DNA of 64,000 bases from Octopus sinensis. Taxonomy: Eukaryota. The translations under genes and the position numbers were made by a program. Position 1 is the stretch's first letter; each line of letters begins with the position of its first letter. Shown here piece by piece: positions 1-14,925 of the stretch. The stretch covers positions 77,500,001 to 77,564,000 of the forward strand of contig NC_043003.1 in NCBI RefSeq assembly GCF_006345805.1. The letters run 5' to 3'. The notes under the pieces were generated by a model, which made no database searches, had not been told where the DNA came from, and was given only the letters and a program-made list of their open reading frames with translations.

Positions 1-63
1 TATTTCTGTATAAATATCGACTATATATATATATAAAGGCATATATGCCCACATATATATGCT

Positions 64-106
<43 letters not shown>

Positions 107-269
107 CACTGATCAATCTCCATCCCCACATTTTCACACCTACACATACACACACGCACACGTCAAGATCACCAACCCTCTTTCACACGCACATACGTAC
201 TCTCTTACACACATACGCATCTTCGTTTTGAGATCACTACTAGCGTGTTATCTCCCCTACTTCTTAGCT

Positions 270-482
270 CACCTGTGTGACTCTTCTGTCCGGCATTCGC
301 CATGATAGATCGGTAGCCACTACACACATTTTTTTCTCTCCTTGTTTCTTTCTGTGTTCCTTTCTGTGGAAGAGCGCAGGCTCGAAACGTTTAAGACTTT
401 TTAATTCCTGAGCGTTATATTAATAAATCTGTTTGTTGTCTACACCACCTATCTTCGTCTTTGGTTTTTTTTCTTGAATTAT

Positions 483-487
<5 letters not shown>
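270..487 (+). mobile_element. Penelope-like element terminal (pLTR) fragment with variant hammerhead motif
   Basis: It is homologous to 63085-63266, contains CTGTGGAA-GAGC-GCAG-GCTC-GAAACGTT and ends in (TA)n. Confidence 0.55.
359..396 (+). ncRNA. Minimal type-I hammerhead-like motif, non-canonical core (U at position 6)
   Basis: Stem II is GAGC/GCTC, followed by GAAAC-GUU with a palindromic stem III. Stem I is imperfect in this copy. Confidence 0.45.
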
Positions 488-541
<54 letters not shown>

Positions 542-1058
542 GTATGTATACATATGTGTGAATGTACGGAAAAAAATCAGTGTGATTATAATGACTATAA
601 CGATGAATAGTGGATATTAAATATCAATAATATCAAGAGGAAAGTTATTGAAATTATCTTATTTTAGAAATAATTAATTAATTTTAGGACTAATTAAACG
701 TTTCTAAGGAAACATTTCAAAATCCTTGTTACTGTTATTTTTGATATTTGATATCGAGCAATGACATTTAATATTCTATCTACATTGCTATCATCTTCCA
801 GAACAATACGCAGATTTTCTATATACACATTGCTTCAAGCAAGCGATAACATTCTTCTGTTTGTAACAGTTAAAGAATTATTGTAACTATCAGAGAGACA
901 TCCTAAGGTAGGCTGTCGTATCATCTTCCTTAAACAATTTTATCCCAAACATAATCAGAAATCACTACTTGCTCATGGTTTTGGTACCCCACGCCGGCTT
1001 TAAAAACTCCTCGAATTATATACACTCCTACCATGTCTTTATAATGTATTCCACCTAC

Positions 1059-1139
1059 TCATACAGAAGTTGCATTGCAGTTACCATCAATGGTGTATAC
1101 TGCAACATCATTAACCCTCCGATTAAAGTAACCATTATG
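1059..1139 (-). CDS. elevenin: Probable terminal coding exon of the elevenin precursor: HNGYFNRRVNDVAVYTIDGNCNATSV*
   Basis: Acceptor atcatttttctttatAG. The phase-0 start matches exon 3 and there is a strong RNY bias. Alternatives are not excluded: a cAG|TGA acceptor near 12060, or an internal GTAACT donor near 1084. Confidence 0.55.
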   Translation of the reverse strand, partial: HNGYFNRRVNDVAVYTIDGNCNATSV

Positions 1140-1467
1140 CTATAAAGAAAAATGATAATCAACGAACCAGCTTAATTGAATGAGATGCATGCTGTGGCTA
1201 TATTCACCCTATATGAAAATATATATGTATAGGTATATATGATAATGTATGCCTAAATACTTAATGATCTGAGCATCCTGATATTCTACTTTTGTACCAG
1301 TGTATTGTGCACCAGTGCAAGAAATTTACTCATCTCTTATCATGTTGATCTTTTGGATATTAGTATTCAGGCCTACTATTTCTTTTCTCTTCTCAGTTTA
1401 TTCATCATGTTTCGCAGTGATTATTCATCGCGATCAGATCATCTGTGTTGTCAAAATCTCTAATGTA

Positions 1468-2400
1468 TTGGGTTGTCCGGAAAGTTCGTGCCGATTTTTA
1501 AAGGAAAGAAAAAGGTCAATAAATACTTGCCATTACATTTTTAATCAACCAAATATGAACCATTTTGTTGCTCAATGCGTCTCCATCTTTCCTTTAACTT
1601 GCAAATACCCTCTTCCCAGAATTGAGGTGGTTTCATGGCAAAGAATTCATCAAGGTATCTTTTTACGTCATCCAAGGAATTGAAATTTACCATTTACCAT
1701 TAAGACTATTCTGCAGAGACCTGAATAAGTGGAAATCCGAAGGAGCAATATCTGGTGAATATGAAGGGTTGGGTAACACATCCCAGCTGAGCTGCAGCAA
1801 TTTTTGTCTGGTTCCCAAAGAAACGTGCGGTATTGCATTATCATGTTGGAAAACAACACCCTTCCTGTTGGCCAATTCTGAACGTTTCTCTTGAATTGCT
1901 GCTTTTAACTCGTCCAGTTGTGTGCAGTATTTCTCAGAATTGTCTGGTTACTTAAGAGAAGCTCATAGTACAGAATTCCTTTCCAATCCCTCCAGACACA
2001 AAGTAAGGCATTTTTAGGGTGAAGACCCGCTTTTGGGGTGACTAAGGGTTGCTCATGTCGCTTACTCCAGGATCGCTTTCTCTGAACATTTCGGTAGATA
2101 ATCCATTTCTCATCACCTGGCACAATTTGCTTTAAAAAAGGCGCGTTTTCATTCCGTTTATAAAGCGAATCCCAGATGGAAATGCGATGCAAGAGATTCT
2201 TCTCATTCAACTCATGTGGTACCCAAACATCGTATCGATTCGTGTACCCAAGCTTTACCAGGTGCTCATGAACGACGGATTTTGATAGGTTGAGGCTTTC
2301 TGCCAATTCTCGGGTTGTGCAATGTGGGTTATTCTCAATTAATGACTTGATTTGGTCACCATCTGTAGTGGATGGTCTGTGTGATCGCTCTTTATCGAGG
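1468..2400 (-). mobile_element. Mariner (DD34D) transposon, 5'-truncated and frameshifted
   Basis: TA is followed by the TIR ttgggttgtccggaaagttcgtgccgattt at 1468. Motifs include WVPHEL, GDEKW, QHDNA, YSPDIAPSDFHLF (34 aa between D2 and D3) and the HTH RSHRP...TTRELAESLN. Confidence 0.92.
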
Positions 2401-2639
2401 AAAGGTGAGATGCTCTATCTCAGCGTATCTCCTTTCTTTCATTATATAGTCTGTAACGATTGCAGGCACCAGTGGAAAAAAGTCGTTCTGCAGTAATGTC
2501 ATTCTAATGGGGTATGAAGAGGTATTTACAGAAGGGATAATCTGAGAACAATAAGTAATGCATATATTCTCTAAAGTTTGGAAGTCAACCCGACAAAGAT
2601 TTATACCATTATAAGGTCTTGAGTTTCACTGGTGGGGTC

Positions 2640-3020
2640 ACTAGTGGTGTATGTTGCAGAGACCTCAATCAACAATGAAATCGTACTTAGACGTTTCCAA
2701 ATTTTCGAGAACAAAGCAATGAGGAGAATCTTGGGGATCTGATAGTAAGACTGTGTAAGGTATCAAATAATTTGAGATCATTAAAGTTAGATATCGACGT
2801 GGGGCAAATGGGTAACATTAAAAAATGTTCTACATATCCAGTCAGATAGAATATTATGGAAGATAGCTCAGTGGAAGTCAGTATGAATAAGACCAACTCT
2901 TACATGGCTGAGAACAATGAAGGAGAAAGACTGATGATGGACATGACAGAAGACAAGCATGTAGACTGGAACAGTTGGCGTGAATGCTTGGAAGCTCTTT
3001 GTTGTATCGTACAGCAATAG
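2640..3020 (+). mobile_element. RTE-clade LINE 3' end, degraded
   Basis: It translates with stops to RRFQIFENKAMRRILGI...RPTLTWLRT...DWNSWRECLEALC, the typical RTE C-terminus. Confidence 0.7.
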
Positions 3021-4154
3021 AGGCGGTAATAGTTATAGCATATGACATTATCTGGCCCAGTTTTTCATGCACATACGTCAAAAGCCTATGGGACACAATA
3101 CCAAATTTAACATTGCTTCATTCTTGTCTTTTGAACGCACGCACAGATAGGATCGGCGTGCTGATCTATGGGACGTATTGCTTGTTCTCTTAACACCTTT
3201 GAAACAGCGTATATTACTCGAAATAAGGACGACTTAAATATTTCTAAGGTAACATTTCAATACTTTTGGTGTTGCTGTTATTGATATTTAATGTTCAATC
3301 TACAATGCTAAAGACTTATATAACATTAATTATCTCAGTATTCTACAATACTTCGAGCAAACTACGACACATATATAAATATACACATGCATATATATAT
3401 GCGTATGTTTGTATATGTATATATGCGTGCATATGGGTGTGCATATGTATATGCTTGCATATGGGTGTGAGCATGCACACAACACTTGCGTATATGTGTG
3501 TGCATGTGTGAGTATATGCATATATAGCAGGCTGACAAATTCCACTTATAAGTTGTTAGTCAATTCGAGGTTACAGTTGGAGACACTTGGTTGATGTGCT
3601 GCCCAGTAGAAATAAAACCCCTAGTACATGGTTGCGCAATAAACGGGACTCTCAGTTTTCAACTCCCTATTTCAAAAGATGTGTGGGTCATGTTCAATAT
3701 CACGAGTGGTACCATTTTTTCAACAACGGACAGCAATCCCATTGCAAAGGTGCGTACTGTGGTCCGTGAAAATTGTCATCTGATTATATCTAAATATTCC
3801 AAAGAAGCAGAAATCTGTAAAAGTTCAGGTCAGGTAATTTCCAAAGAAAAATTGGAGAAGAACCGGAGTGCCGCGTCTATAGGAACCAAAGCGTTGTCAT
3901 CAAGGCGCTAGTTTGTGGTACGAATACTGATGAAAGCTTTCCAGAAGTTACACTGGTGATGAAAGGTAGATGCACGGGTACAATGTCAAACAAAAAGCAG
4001 TCCTCACAAAAGATTGGATCATCGTCACCGCTACAAAGAGTCACTTAAACGTGGAAATGATGCACGTTGAGAGCCGTTTATCATGAAATTATTTATTTAG
4101 GTGTCGTGAGACGGTTAAGAGAAGCTGTGCAAGATGGGGAGACTTAACAAATGG

Positions 4155-4325
4155 TGGAGGTGCGTGGCTTAGTGGTTAGGGTGTCAGCATCATGATCGTA
4201 AGATTGTGATTTCGATTCCTGGAGTGGGCGACGCGTTGTGTTCTTGAGCAAAACACTTCATTTCCCGTTGCTTCAGTCCACTCAGCTGGCAAAAATGAGT
4301 AACGCTGCGATGGACTGGCGTCTCG
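4155..4325 (+). mobile_element. tRNA-derived SINE, family C (V-domain-like gatggactggcgtc segment)
   Basis: A box TGGCTTAGTGG and B box TTCGATTCC. Related copies lie at 11530-11735(-), 15700-15903(-), 23170-23310(+) and 35165-35300(-). Confidence 0.75.
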
Positions 4326-4366
4326 GGAAACCTGGCCCATGACCTTTAAAAGGGCGCATTTATTCT

Positions 4367-4665
4367 GGAGGCACATCGCCTATGGTTAGAGTAGCAGACA
4401 CGCGGTCAAAGGATCGCGGGTTCGAATCTCAGACCGGGTGATGTGTGTGTTTATGAGCAAAACACCTAAGCTCCACGCAGCTCCGGCAGAAGGTAATGGC
4501 GAACTTCTATTGACTCTTCCGCCACAACTTTCTATCACTCTTTCCTCCTGCATCTTGCAGTTCACCTGCGACGGACCGGCGTCCCGTGCAGGTGGGGAAA
4601 CTATAAGCCAAGGAAACTGGGAAACCGGCCCTTATGAGCCAGGCATGGCTCGAGAAGGAACAAAC
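4367..4665 (+). mobile_element. tRNA-derived SINE (family C variant)
   Basis: B box GGTTCGAATC. It is colinear with the copy at 50823-51130. Confidence 0.75.
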
Positions 4666-4884
4666 AGTAACTTAACAAATGGATTAACAAACTATGGATA
4701 CTGCAACAAGATAACGCACCTACTCCGTTTTACTTACTCGCGATTTTTTGGGCAAAGTAATTCTCAGAAATTGGTAGCTGCGGATGGTTTTGTGCACCCA
4801 AAGTTGAAATCAACCCTAAGAAGTCATTGATTTCAGAGGATAAAAGAGTTCGACAAAACAGGTTATTTCTGAAAGCATGTTCCA

Positions 4885-5005
4885 GAATGAGTTGAGGTCG
4901 ACTTTGCCTTTCATCCTTTCGAGGTCAATAAATTAAGTACTAATCGACTGGCTTCCTCCCCCACCCACCACATTTCGGGCCTTTTGCCTATAGTAGAAAA
5001 TAATA
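4885..5005 (+). mobile_element. Nin/Deu-domain-like SINE (family B) 3' part
   Basis: It carries gtcgactttgcctttcatcctttcgaggtcaataaa, shared by many copies in the window. Confidence 0.7.
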
Positions 5006-5126
5006 TGCTGGGAATGAAGTATCAACAACGGAGAAAACAATTTGGAAAGACAGAAGTTTGATTAAATTGTGTGTAAAGTACATATTTGTTTTCTGAAATA
5101 GTCGGCTTCCTTTTAGATACACCTCG
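5005..5126 (-). mobile_element. Mariner-type terminal fragment
   Basis: The reverse complement begins TA-CGAGGTGTATCTAAAAGG...CCGACT, a mariner-type TIR. Confidence 0.5.
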
Positions 5127-5149
5127 TATTCATGTCTGCGCGTATGTGT

Positions 5150-8270
<3,121 letters not shown>

Positions 8271-9879
8271 GTGTGTTTGTGAGTGTGTGATTGTCAGTTT
8301 AGTTTAAAATGTGGGTTGACATATTCAAGATTTGCGCAATTTGCATCATTATTAGAACAATCATATACCTTAGAGAAATATATACAAAACAAGAAAAAAA
8401 TTGGCTTATATGCTCATATGATTTATCTTTATATTGATATCTTGTTTATTTGAATTCCACGAATACGCATCCAAAAATATTTCCATACCGAATACATCTT
8501 AATACAAGAGCAGCAAAAAGCTGGGATAGATTTCGTTAATTTCTCCCAGTTTAAAAAGTTAATATTTTTGATTCCACTGAGAGGTTGGATATGTTTTCTC
8601 ATGATGATTATTACCAATAGCCTATAGAGAAATGTCAATGAGTTCATTCTTGTATGATTCTGTTAGAATGGTCAGCTATTATCAGTAACGTGTTGGCTGA
8701 AAAACAAAAACAAAAAGAAACAAGAATTATAAAAGAATGTTTAAATATAATTTACCAAGAGAAAAATAATATGAAAAAATCAAATGAATACAGTTTTGTA
8801 ATGAATTCATTTATTGAAAAATTGTATGCGAAAACGAACAAAATAAAATGGCAATATTTTCATAACTATGGATATATGTGTGTATCAACGCAGTATTTAA
8901 CAACTACTTAAATGGTGTACTTAAACGGTGGATTTTCTATGAAAAAGATTTTCAGAAACAATAGCGATTACGTAATTTTTCGAAATTGCGCATCTTGCAT
9001 GTACACAAACAATAATATTTACGGTATACTGAACATTTATAGCACTTTGATAATCTGATTTAAGTTTATCTACGCTGACAAAGCAAACGTTATTTGGGAA
9101 GAGTTCTTCACTTGTTTTAATTTTAGTAAACGTGATTCGATTGTTTACCTCCAGAAATCTTCTTTATCAAAGCTCCATATTCTAAACATTATTTACAGCA
9201 CAGCAGTGGGACTTGGGTTTTGAGCCTTTTTAGAGACTCAAAGACACAAACAATTTCAGAATGAAGAAACATTTGAGTTGGCGGCGAATTGATAGACTCA
9301 TTAAAGCGTCGGATAGCACCACACCTCGTAGTATTTGTTCTGGTTCTCTATACTCGAGTTCAAATCTCGCCAAAACAATACTGCTTTTCATTTCGGAGTT
9401 GATTTAAAAAAGAAAATGGAATAATCTAGGGTAGTGAATTGGCGGAATTGTAAGAATTTCAGACTGGATACTTGTTCTGGTTCCTTACGTTCTGAGTTCG
9501 AATCACACCCTGACCTATTTGGGTGGTAGTCTTCATCCACCGACAAATTTAACATCATCAGCTAGCAACTTGGATGTCTTTAACGGAATCTACTCAGTGG
9601 CAAGCATTTGAGCAAGTCTTAGGGTAGAGGAGATTTCCATCTCTCCTATCAATTACGGAAGGTGGGGTCGAAAGTGTAAAAGGAAGTTCCTTTCCTCTTA
9701 ACAAAAAAGATAAACAAAAGAAACTTTTAACTGTACAGAAGATGGCCGAAAATAGCAACAGAGTACCATTCTGATATCTGGGATTGCGCACTTCATCCGG
9801 TGGGAGATTTTTTGAAAGATAAATCATAAAGAAAGCCACTCGTCTAATCCATAGTTCTCTCTTCATTATAGAATTAGAA

Positions 9880-10090
9880 GGCGGCGAGCAGGCAGAATAT
9901 TTAGCACGCCGGGGAAAATGCTTAGCGACATTTCGTCCGTCTTTACGTTCTGAGTTCAAATTTCGTCGAGGTCAACTTTGCCTTTCATGCTTTTGGGGTC
10001 AATAAAATAAGTACTAGTTGAGCACTGGGGGTCAATGTAATCGGCATAAATCCTCCCATGAATTTGCTGGCCTTTTTCCAAAAATTCAAA
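9880..10090 (+). mobile_element. Family B (Nin/Deu-like) SINE, full length
   Basis: The head is ggcggcgagcaggcagaa, with a gagttcaaat B box, the ctttcat..ggggtcaataaaataagtac domain and a gctggcctt tail. Confidence 0.85.
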
Positions 10091-10220
10091 TCTATATTAT
10101 AGAATTATCAATTATTTTGACTAATTTATCAAGCTTGTTACTTTCACACAGTATCCACCTCAAACGTTTCTTTACATTTATCTCTTGCTTCTCATTCTTT
10201 ACACTCTCTATATCTTATGT

Positions 10221-10580
10221 AGGCATGATTGTGTGATTAAGAAGCTCGCCTTGAAACTACATGGTTTTGGGTTCAATCCTACCGCGTAGCACCTTAGGCG
10301 ATGGTCTTCTATTCTAGCCAATGCTTTGTGAGTGAATGAGATAGAGAGAAACTGTATGGAAACCCGTTTCCTTGTGTGTGTGTGTGTGTGTGTCTATGTT
10401 TGCTACTCCCATCGCTTCGCTTGACAACCAGTGTTGGTATGTTTACGTCCCCGTAACTTAGTGGTCCGGCAAAAGAGACTGATGGAGTAAAAAAAAGTGC
10501 GCTGAGTCGAATTGTTCGTCTAAAACCCTCAAGGTGGTGCTTCAGCATGTCGCCGTCCAGTGACTGAAACAAGCAAAAGA
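10221..10580 (+). mobile_element. CORE-type tRNA SINE (family A), diverged
   Basis: It is colinear with 12968-13490 (B box, gcaccttagg, internal microsatellite, gactgaaacaag tail). Confidence 0.75.
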
Positions 10581-10667
10581 TATAGAAGATACCCTTCATA
10601 GAACCTCATCAAACACTTTTTGGAGGATTACTTTTCTCTTTCGTGTTTTCGCAAAGCATTAACATTG

Positions 10668-10887
10668 GTTTCTAAGTTTTGGCACGAAATCAGTAATTTT
10701 GGGTATGGGGCTAGTTGATTATGTCAGCTCCAGTGTTCGACTGGTACTTAATTTATCGACCCTGAGAGGATGAAAGGCAAAGTCGACCGCCCGCTGCAGA
10801 ATTTGAATCCCTCAAAATGTAAAGACGGACGAAACGCCGCGAAGCCTTTTGCCCAGCGTGCTAACGATTCTGCCGGCTCGCCGCCTT
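10668..10887 (-). mobile_element. Family B SINE
   Basis: It is the reverse complement of the family B consensus, from head to tail. Confidence 0.85.
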
Positions 10888-11247
10888 GTTAAGAACTGCT
10901 ATTATAGAGTACATGAACGAGTCAGCCTTACTTAACTCACAATCTCTGCAGTCAAAGAATATTTGGAAAGTGTCTTGGACACTGTACAGTAGAAGCTCTG
11001 CTAAATATATATTTCCAGAATAGTATTTCTTATACAAATTTATTTAAACACATGTAAACTAAGCAACACCTCTTTACGTTGTCAGAATGCGAAGTTGAGC
11101 AGAGAGGGGTACAGACAAAGGATGACAATCTTTGAAAATTTGAGACACATTTAGCCAATATCGATTCTGCTATAAGTTTCTCTCTCTCTCTCTCTCTCTC
11201 TCACTTTCTCTCTCTCTCTCTCTCTCTCCTTTCTCTCTCTCCCTCTT

Positions 11248-11278
<31 letters not shown>

Positions 11279-11529
11279 TCTCTCACTTTCTCTCACACAC
11301 ACACCATCTGGTTCTCTCTCGACCTGCAAGAAATAACCATTAAATATCCACCAAGTTCACATTACGGTTTTGAAAGTTGAAGGACACTAGATAATGCAGT
11401 CAATGTCCGAGCAAAAGACAAAAAGATTTACAGCTGGAAATTCTTTAACCATAGTCTTACTGGGTCAGGTAACGATACATGAAGTTCATATGCTCTCCAT
11501 AGTAAGGTTACGAATAAAAAAAAAAGGAA

Positions 11530-11735
11530 TACATTTTTTTCTCGAGTCATACCAACTCATGAGAACCGATTTCCCGGTTTCCATGGCGTATATGTTCCCC
11601 ACCTGGATGGGATGCCGGTCCATCGCAGGATTACTCATTTTTGCCATCTGAGTCGTTCGGTCGTTCGGTCGAGGAATCGAAACTACAATCTTACGATCAT
11701 GAGCCAGTACCCTAACCACTAAGCCACGTGCCCCC
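11530..11735 (-). mobile_element. Family C tRNA SINE with internal deletion
   Basis: The reverse complement reads tggcttagtggttaggg...tttcgattcc...ctgcgatggaccggcatccc. Confidence 0.75.
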
Positions 11736-12445
11736 AAGGTTACGGGTGTTATGGACTAGTCCTTAGGTGTTATATGGAAAGGTGATATGTACGCCGGACT
11801 TCCTTAACACAAATATATTTATAATAATGTGACTGTTTAGAATATGAACTTCTAATAATATCTTCATTGATTGCCCGATGCACTTTCGACTGGATACAAA
11901 TAGATACTCATTCAAATAGAAACAAATCGATACACGTTCAAATAAATACAGCTAGATGTTCATTCAAAGCTATCATCTACACTTCTTAAGTAATTAATCT
12001 GCCATTTAAACGTTGGTGTGACTGTTTATAGTTGTTGGCATAGAGAAGCAAGATTCACTGGTATACAGGGTAAAACAGTATCAGTAAATATCACAGATAT
12101 ACAGTGCAAAATAGTAAAATATATCAGTGAGTATTCGTGATATACAAAGTAGAACAGTATCATAAATGCACGACGGAAGACGTCGATATGTATCACATAC
12201 GTTCTTTTTTTTTTTTGGACATATTTTTATCGATTCGGAAGGACGAAAGTGAAGTAGATTCGAGTAAGATTTGAACACCAAACGTAAAACCCGTGAACGG
12301 TTAGCAAAAGGTATTGTCTTTTTTGTTCAACGCTCTCTCGATTCTGGCATCCACCCCGCAATAATGGAGTCTGCGTGTCTTAAAAAGTGAATCAGATGCG
12401 ATTGCTGACGAAGAAAAGCAAAGTAAAGTGAGTGAAAAAGCATAC

Positions 12446-12554
12446 CTCATCTGAATAACTTCTGGTGTTATAGTACGGGTCCCTGCCTTCTCCTTTGGAG
12501 AGGAGGTAATTAAGTAAGACATCTCGATCGCTGTGTTCAGAATTGCCAACATCT
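12446..12554 (-). CDS. elevenin: Elevenin precursor, coding exon 3 (109 bp, phase 2-0): DVGNSEHSDRDVLLNYLLSKGEGRDPYYNTRSYSDE
   Basis: Long polypyrimidine acceptor ttttctttcttttctaaatttctAG and donor GAG|GTATGC. The phase matches exon 2, and this frame has an RNY codon bias. The ORF track shows a different frame of the same exon. Confidence 0.8.
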
Positions 12555-12967
12555 CTAGAAATTTAGAAAAGAAAGAAAAGTGAAAAAAAAAAACAAAAAC
12601 AAAGAAAAAATATATTACTAATCAAAGGAAATCTTGTTATAATAAAATAAAGATAATCAATTTAATAATAAAAATATTACATTAATCCCTGGTAATTAAT
12701 TTTTGCTTCTGTAGCGTTCAGTCAATGACAGAGAAAATAACCTTTCACCATTGTAAAGTATGCGAAATTATCCCTGGGAACTTCCCAGGAAATCTTGGTG
12801 TCAGTTAATTTCAACGAAGAGAACTTTGGCATTACACAATTTTATATTCGGCAGCTAAGACAGCGGTGGTCTAATGAATGAGAACGATGGAGCTGTATGT
12901 GAAATTAAGGTTTAAATATGTCATATCCAGAGCAGAGTACATACAAACACACATACACTACATATAG

Positions 12968-13490
<523 letters not shown>

Positions 13491-13621
13491 AATATATATA
13501 TATTAGAAGAAATGAAGTATATATATATATACAAGTATGGATATATGTCTATATGAATATATATGTGTATAGTAATGTATGTCTATATATATGTATATAT
13601 GTATACATGTGCGCATGTGTT

Positions 13622-13652
<31 letters not shown>

Positions 13653-13909
13653 TGTGCGTGCGTGCGTGTGTGCGTATGTGTGTGTGTATTGGAGACAAAA
13701 ATACTCAATTTCACGTACAGGAACTTCAAATCACCGACAAATAATGGACCTTTTAAAAGCGGTCGTTGTTGTTGTGGTCCTGGTGTCTTACGAAATGAAA
13801 TATCGCCACTTCCGAAGTTTTATGAGTCGTGAGGATACACGTTAGGTGCAGCATTGACAGGAGGATTTGTGGTTCTCCGGTCGTTTGCGTGGTTATGTTC
13901 GTGGTTATG

Positions 13910-14008
13910 TACGTTAACACAACGTTTCGGCTGATATACCCTCCAGCCTTCATCAGGTGTCTTGGGGAAATTTCAAACCTGGGTCCTCATTCCTCAGGTA
14001 TTTTTCGA

Positions 14009-14064
<56 letters not shown>

Positions 14065-14630
14065 TCACTGCCTGGAAACGAACTCGGAATCATGGGGTTA
14101 GTAGTCCGCGCTCATAACCACTACGTGGGCAATTATGATGTGAATTTTAGGGCTTATAAATCTAATATTTTCCTATTCTTCCTTAATACCGCTTCCCATA
14201 TGCTGCTCATATCTGCACTCAGTCTGCTTAGGAGGTTGTTGTGTCCTAGCATATGTGCTGCTTTTAGTTTTCGTATTTTTCAGTGGTATTCTTCGTCTAT
14301 TATTTTAACTTCCTTCCACAGAGGGAGCTGGTATCCATTTCTCCATATATGATCAGCTATACCTGATTTATCAATATTTCATCGTGTCACAGCTTTGCGA
14401 TGTTCGTCTACCCTTATTTTGAGGGGCGGCATGTTTCGTCTTTGTATAACCTGCCACAGATGCATGATATGTAGTACACGCAGTTTTTGGTCATATTGTC
14501 TTCTATTGGTGGTTTTATTCGAAGGAGATATTTGCGAAGTGTTGTATTAGTCTTGAATACCGTCCAGATGTCAAATGTAAATAATGCTAATAATGTACAT
14601 AATTCCTCATCTCTTAAATATAGAACTGTA
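13910..14630 (-). mobile_element. Penelope-like element: GIY-YIG endonuclease remnant, embedded tRNA-like unit + (AAT)n, pLTR with hammerhead, and an inverted pLTR piece at 14575-14630
   Basis: 14569-14154 translates, with a frameshift and stops, to KNCVYYISCICGRLYKDETCRP/LKIRVDEHRKAV..DKSGIADHIW. 14575-14630 is the reverse complement of the pLTR tail seen at 42930-42975. Confidence 0.85.
13916..13961 (-). ncRNA. Minimal type-I hammerhead ribozyme with intact core
   Basis: The RNA is GACAC-CUGAUGA-A-GGCUG(...)CAGCC-GAAAC-GUU-GUGUU. Stem I is GACAC/GUGUU, stem II is GGCUG/CAGCC, stem III is the palindrome AACGUU, and the cleavage triplet is GUU. Confidence 0.8.
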
Positions 14631-14696
14631 TATGTATAGAAATATTAAATTTCTAAATATCTCAGAGAGATATAAGCAGTGGTGGTACGATAGAGC

Positions 14697-14808
14697 AGTT
14701 GTATACTGTTAACTTAACGTGTCAGTCCCATAAAAGGAATCTCATCACCGCTATTTAGCCCTAGGAAGCATCAACGCTTCCTGTCGGTCTTGACACATTT
14801 CCTGTGTC
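14697..14808. mobile_element. Partial copy of the foldback MITE at 58724-58899
   Basis: It shares gttgtatactgt, accgct.tttagccctaggaagcatc and ttgacacattt with that element. Confidence 0.6.
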
Positions 14809-14814
14809 TATATA

Positions 14815-14925
14815 TTCTTTTATTCTTTTATTTGTTTCAATAATTTGACTGCGGCCACGCTGGAGCACCGCGTATAGTCGAGCAAATTGACACCCGGACA
14901 TATTTTTTGTAAGGCTGCATAGTCT
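14815..14925 (-). mobile_element. Family A SINE 3' tail
   Basis: It is the reverse complement of gctccagcgtggccgcagtcaaat..gaaacaaataaaagaat. Confidence 0.7.

Noticed and set aside
3590-4100. Faint Tc1/mariner-like traces (WYHFF..GP.KLS, TDES)
   Set aside because: The similarity is too weak and no TIR was found.
12301-12552. ORF-track frame MLAILNTAIEMSYL... for exon 3
   Set aside because: Its phase does not fit exon 2. The alternative frame fits and has the better codon bias.
12771-12792. Palindrome cctgggaa-c-ttcccagg (STAT-like site) near exon 3
   Set aside because: It is too short to distinguish from chance without functional data.
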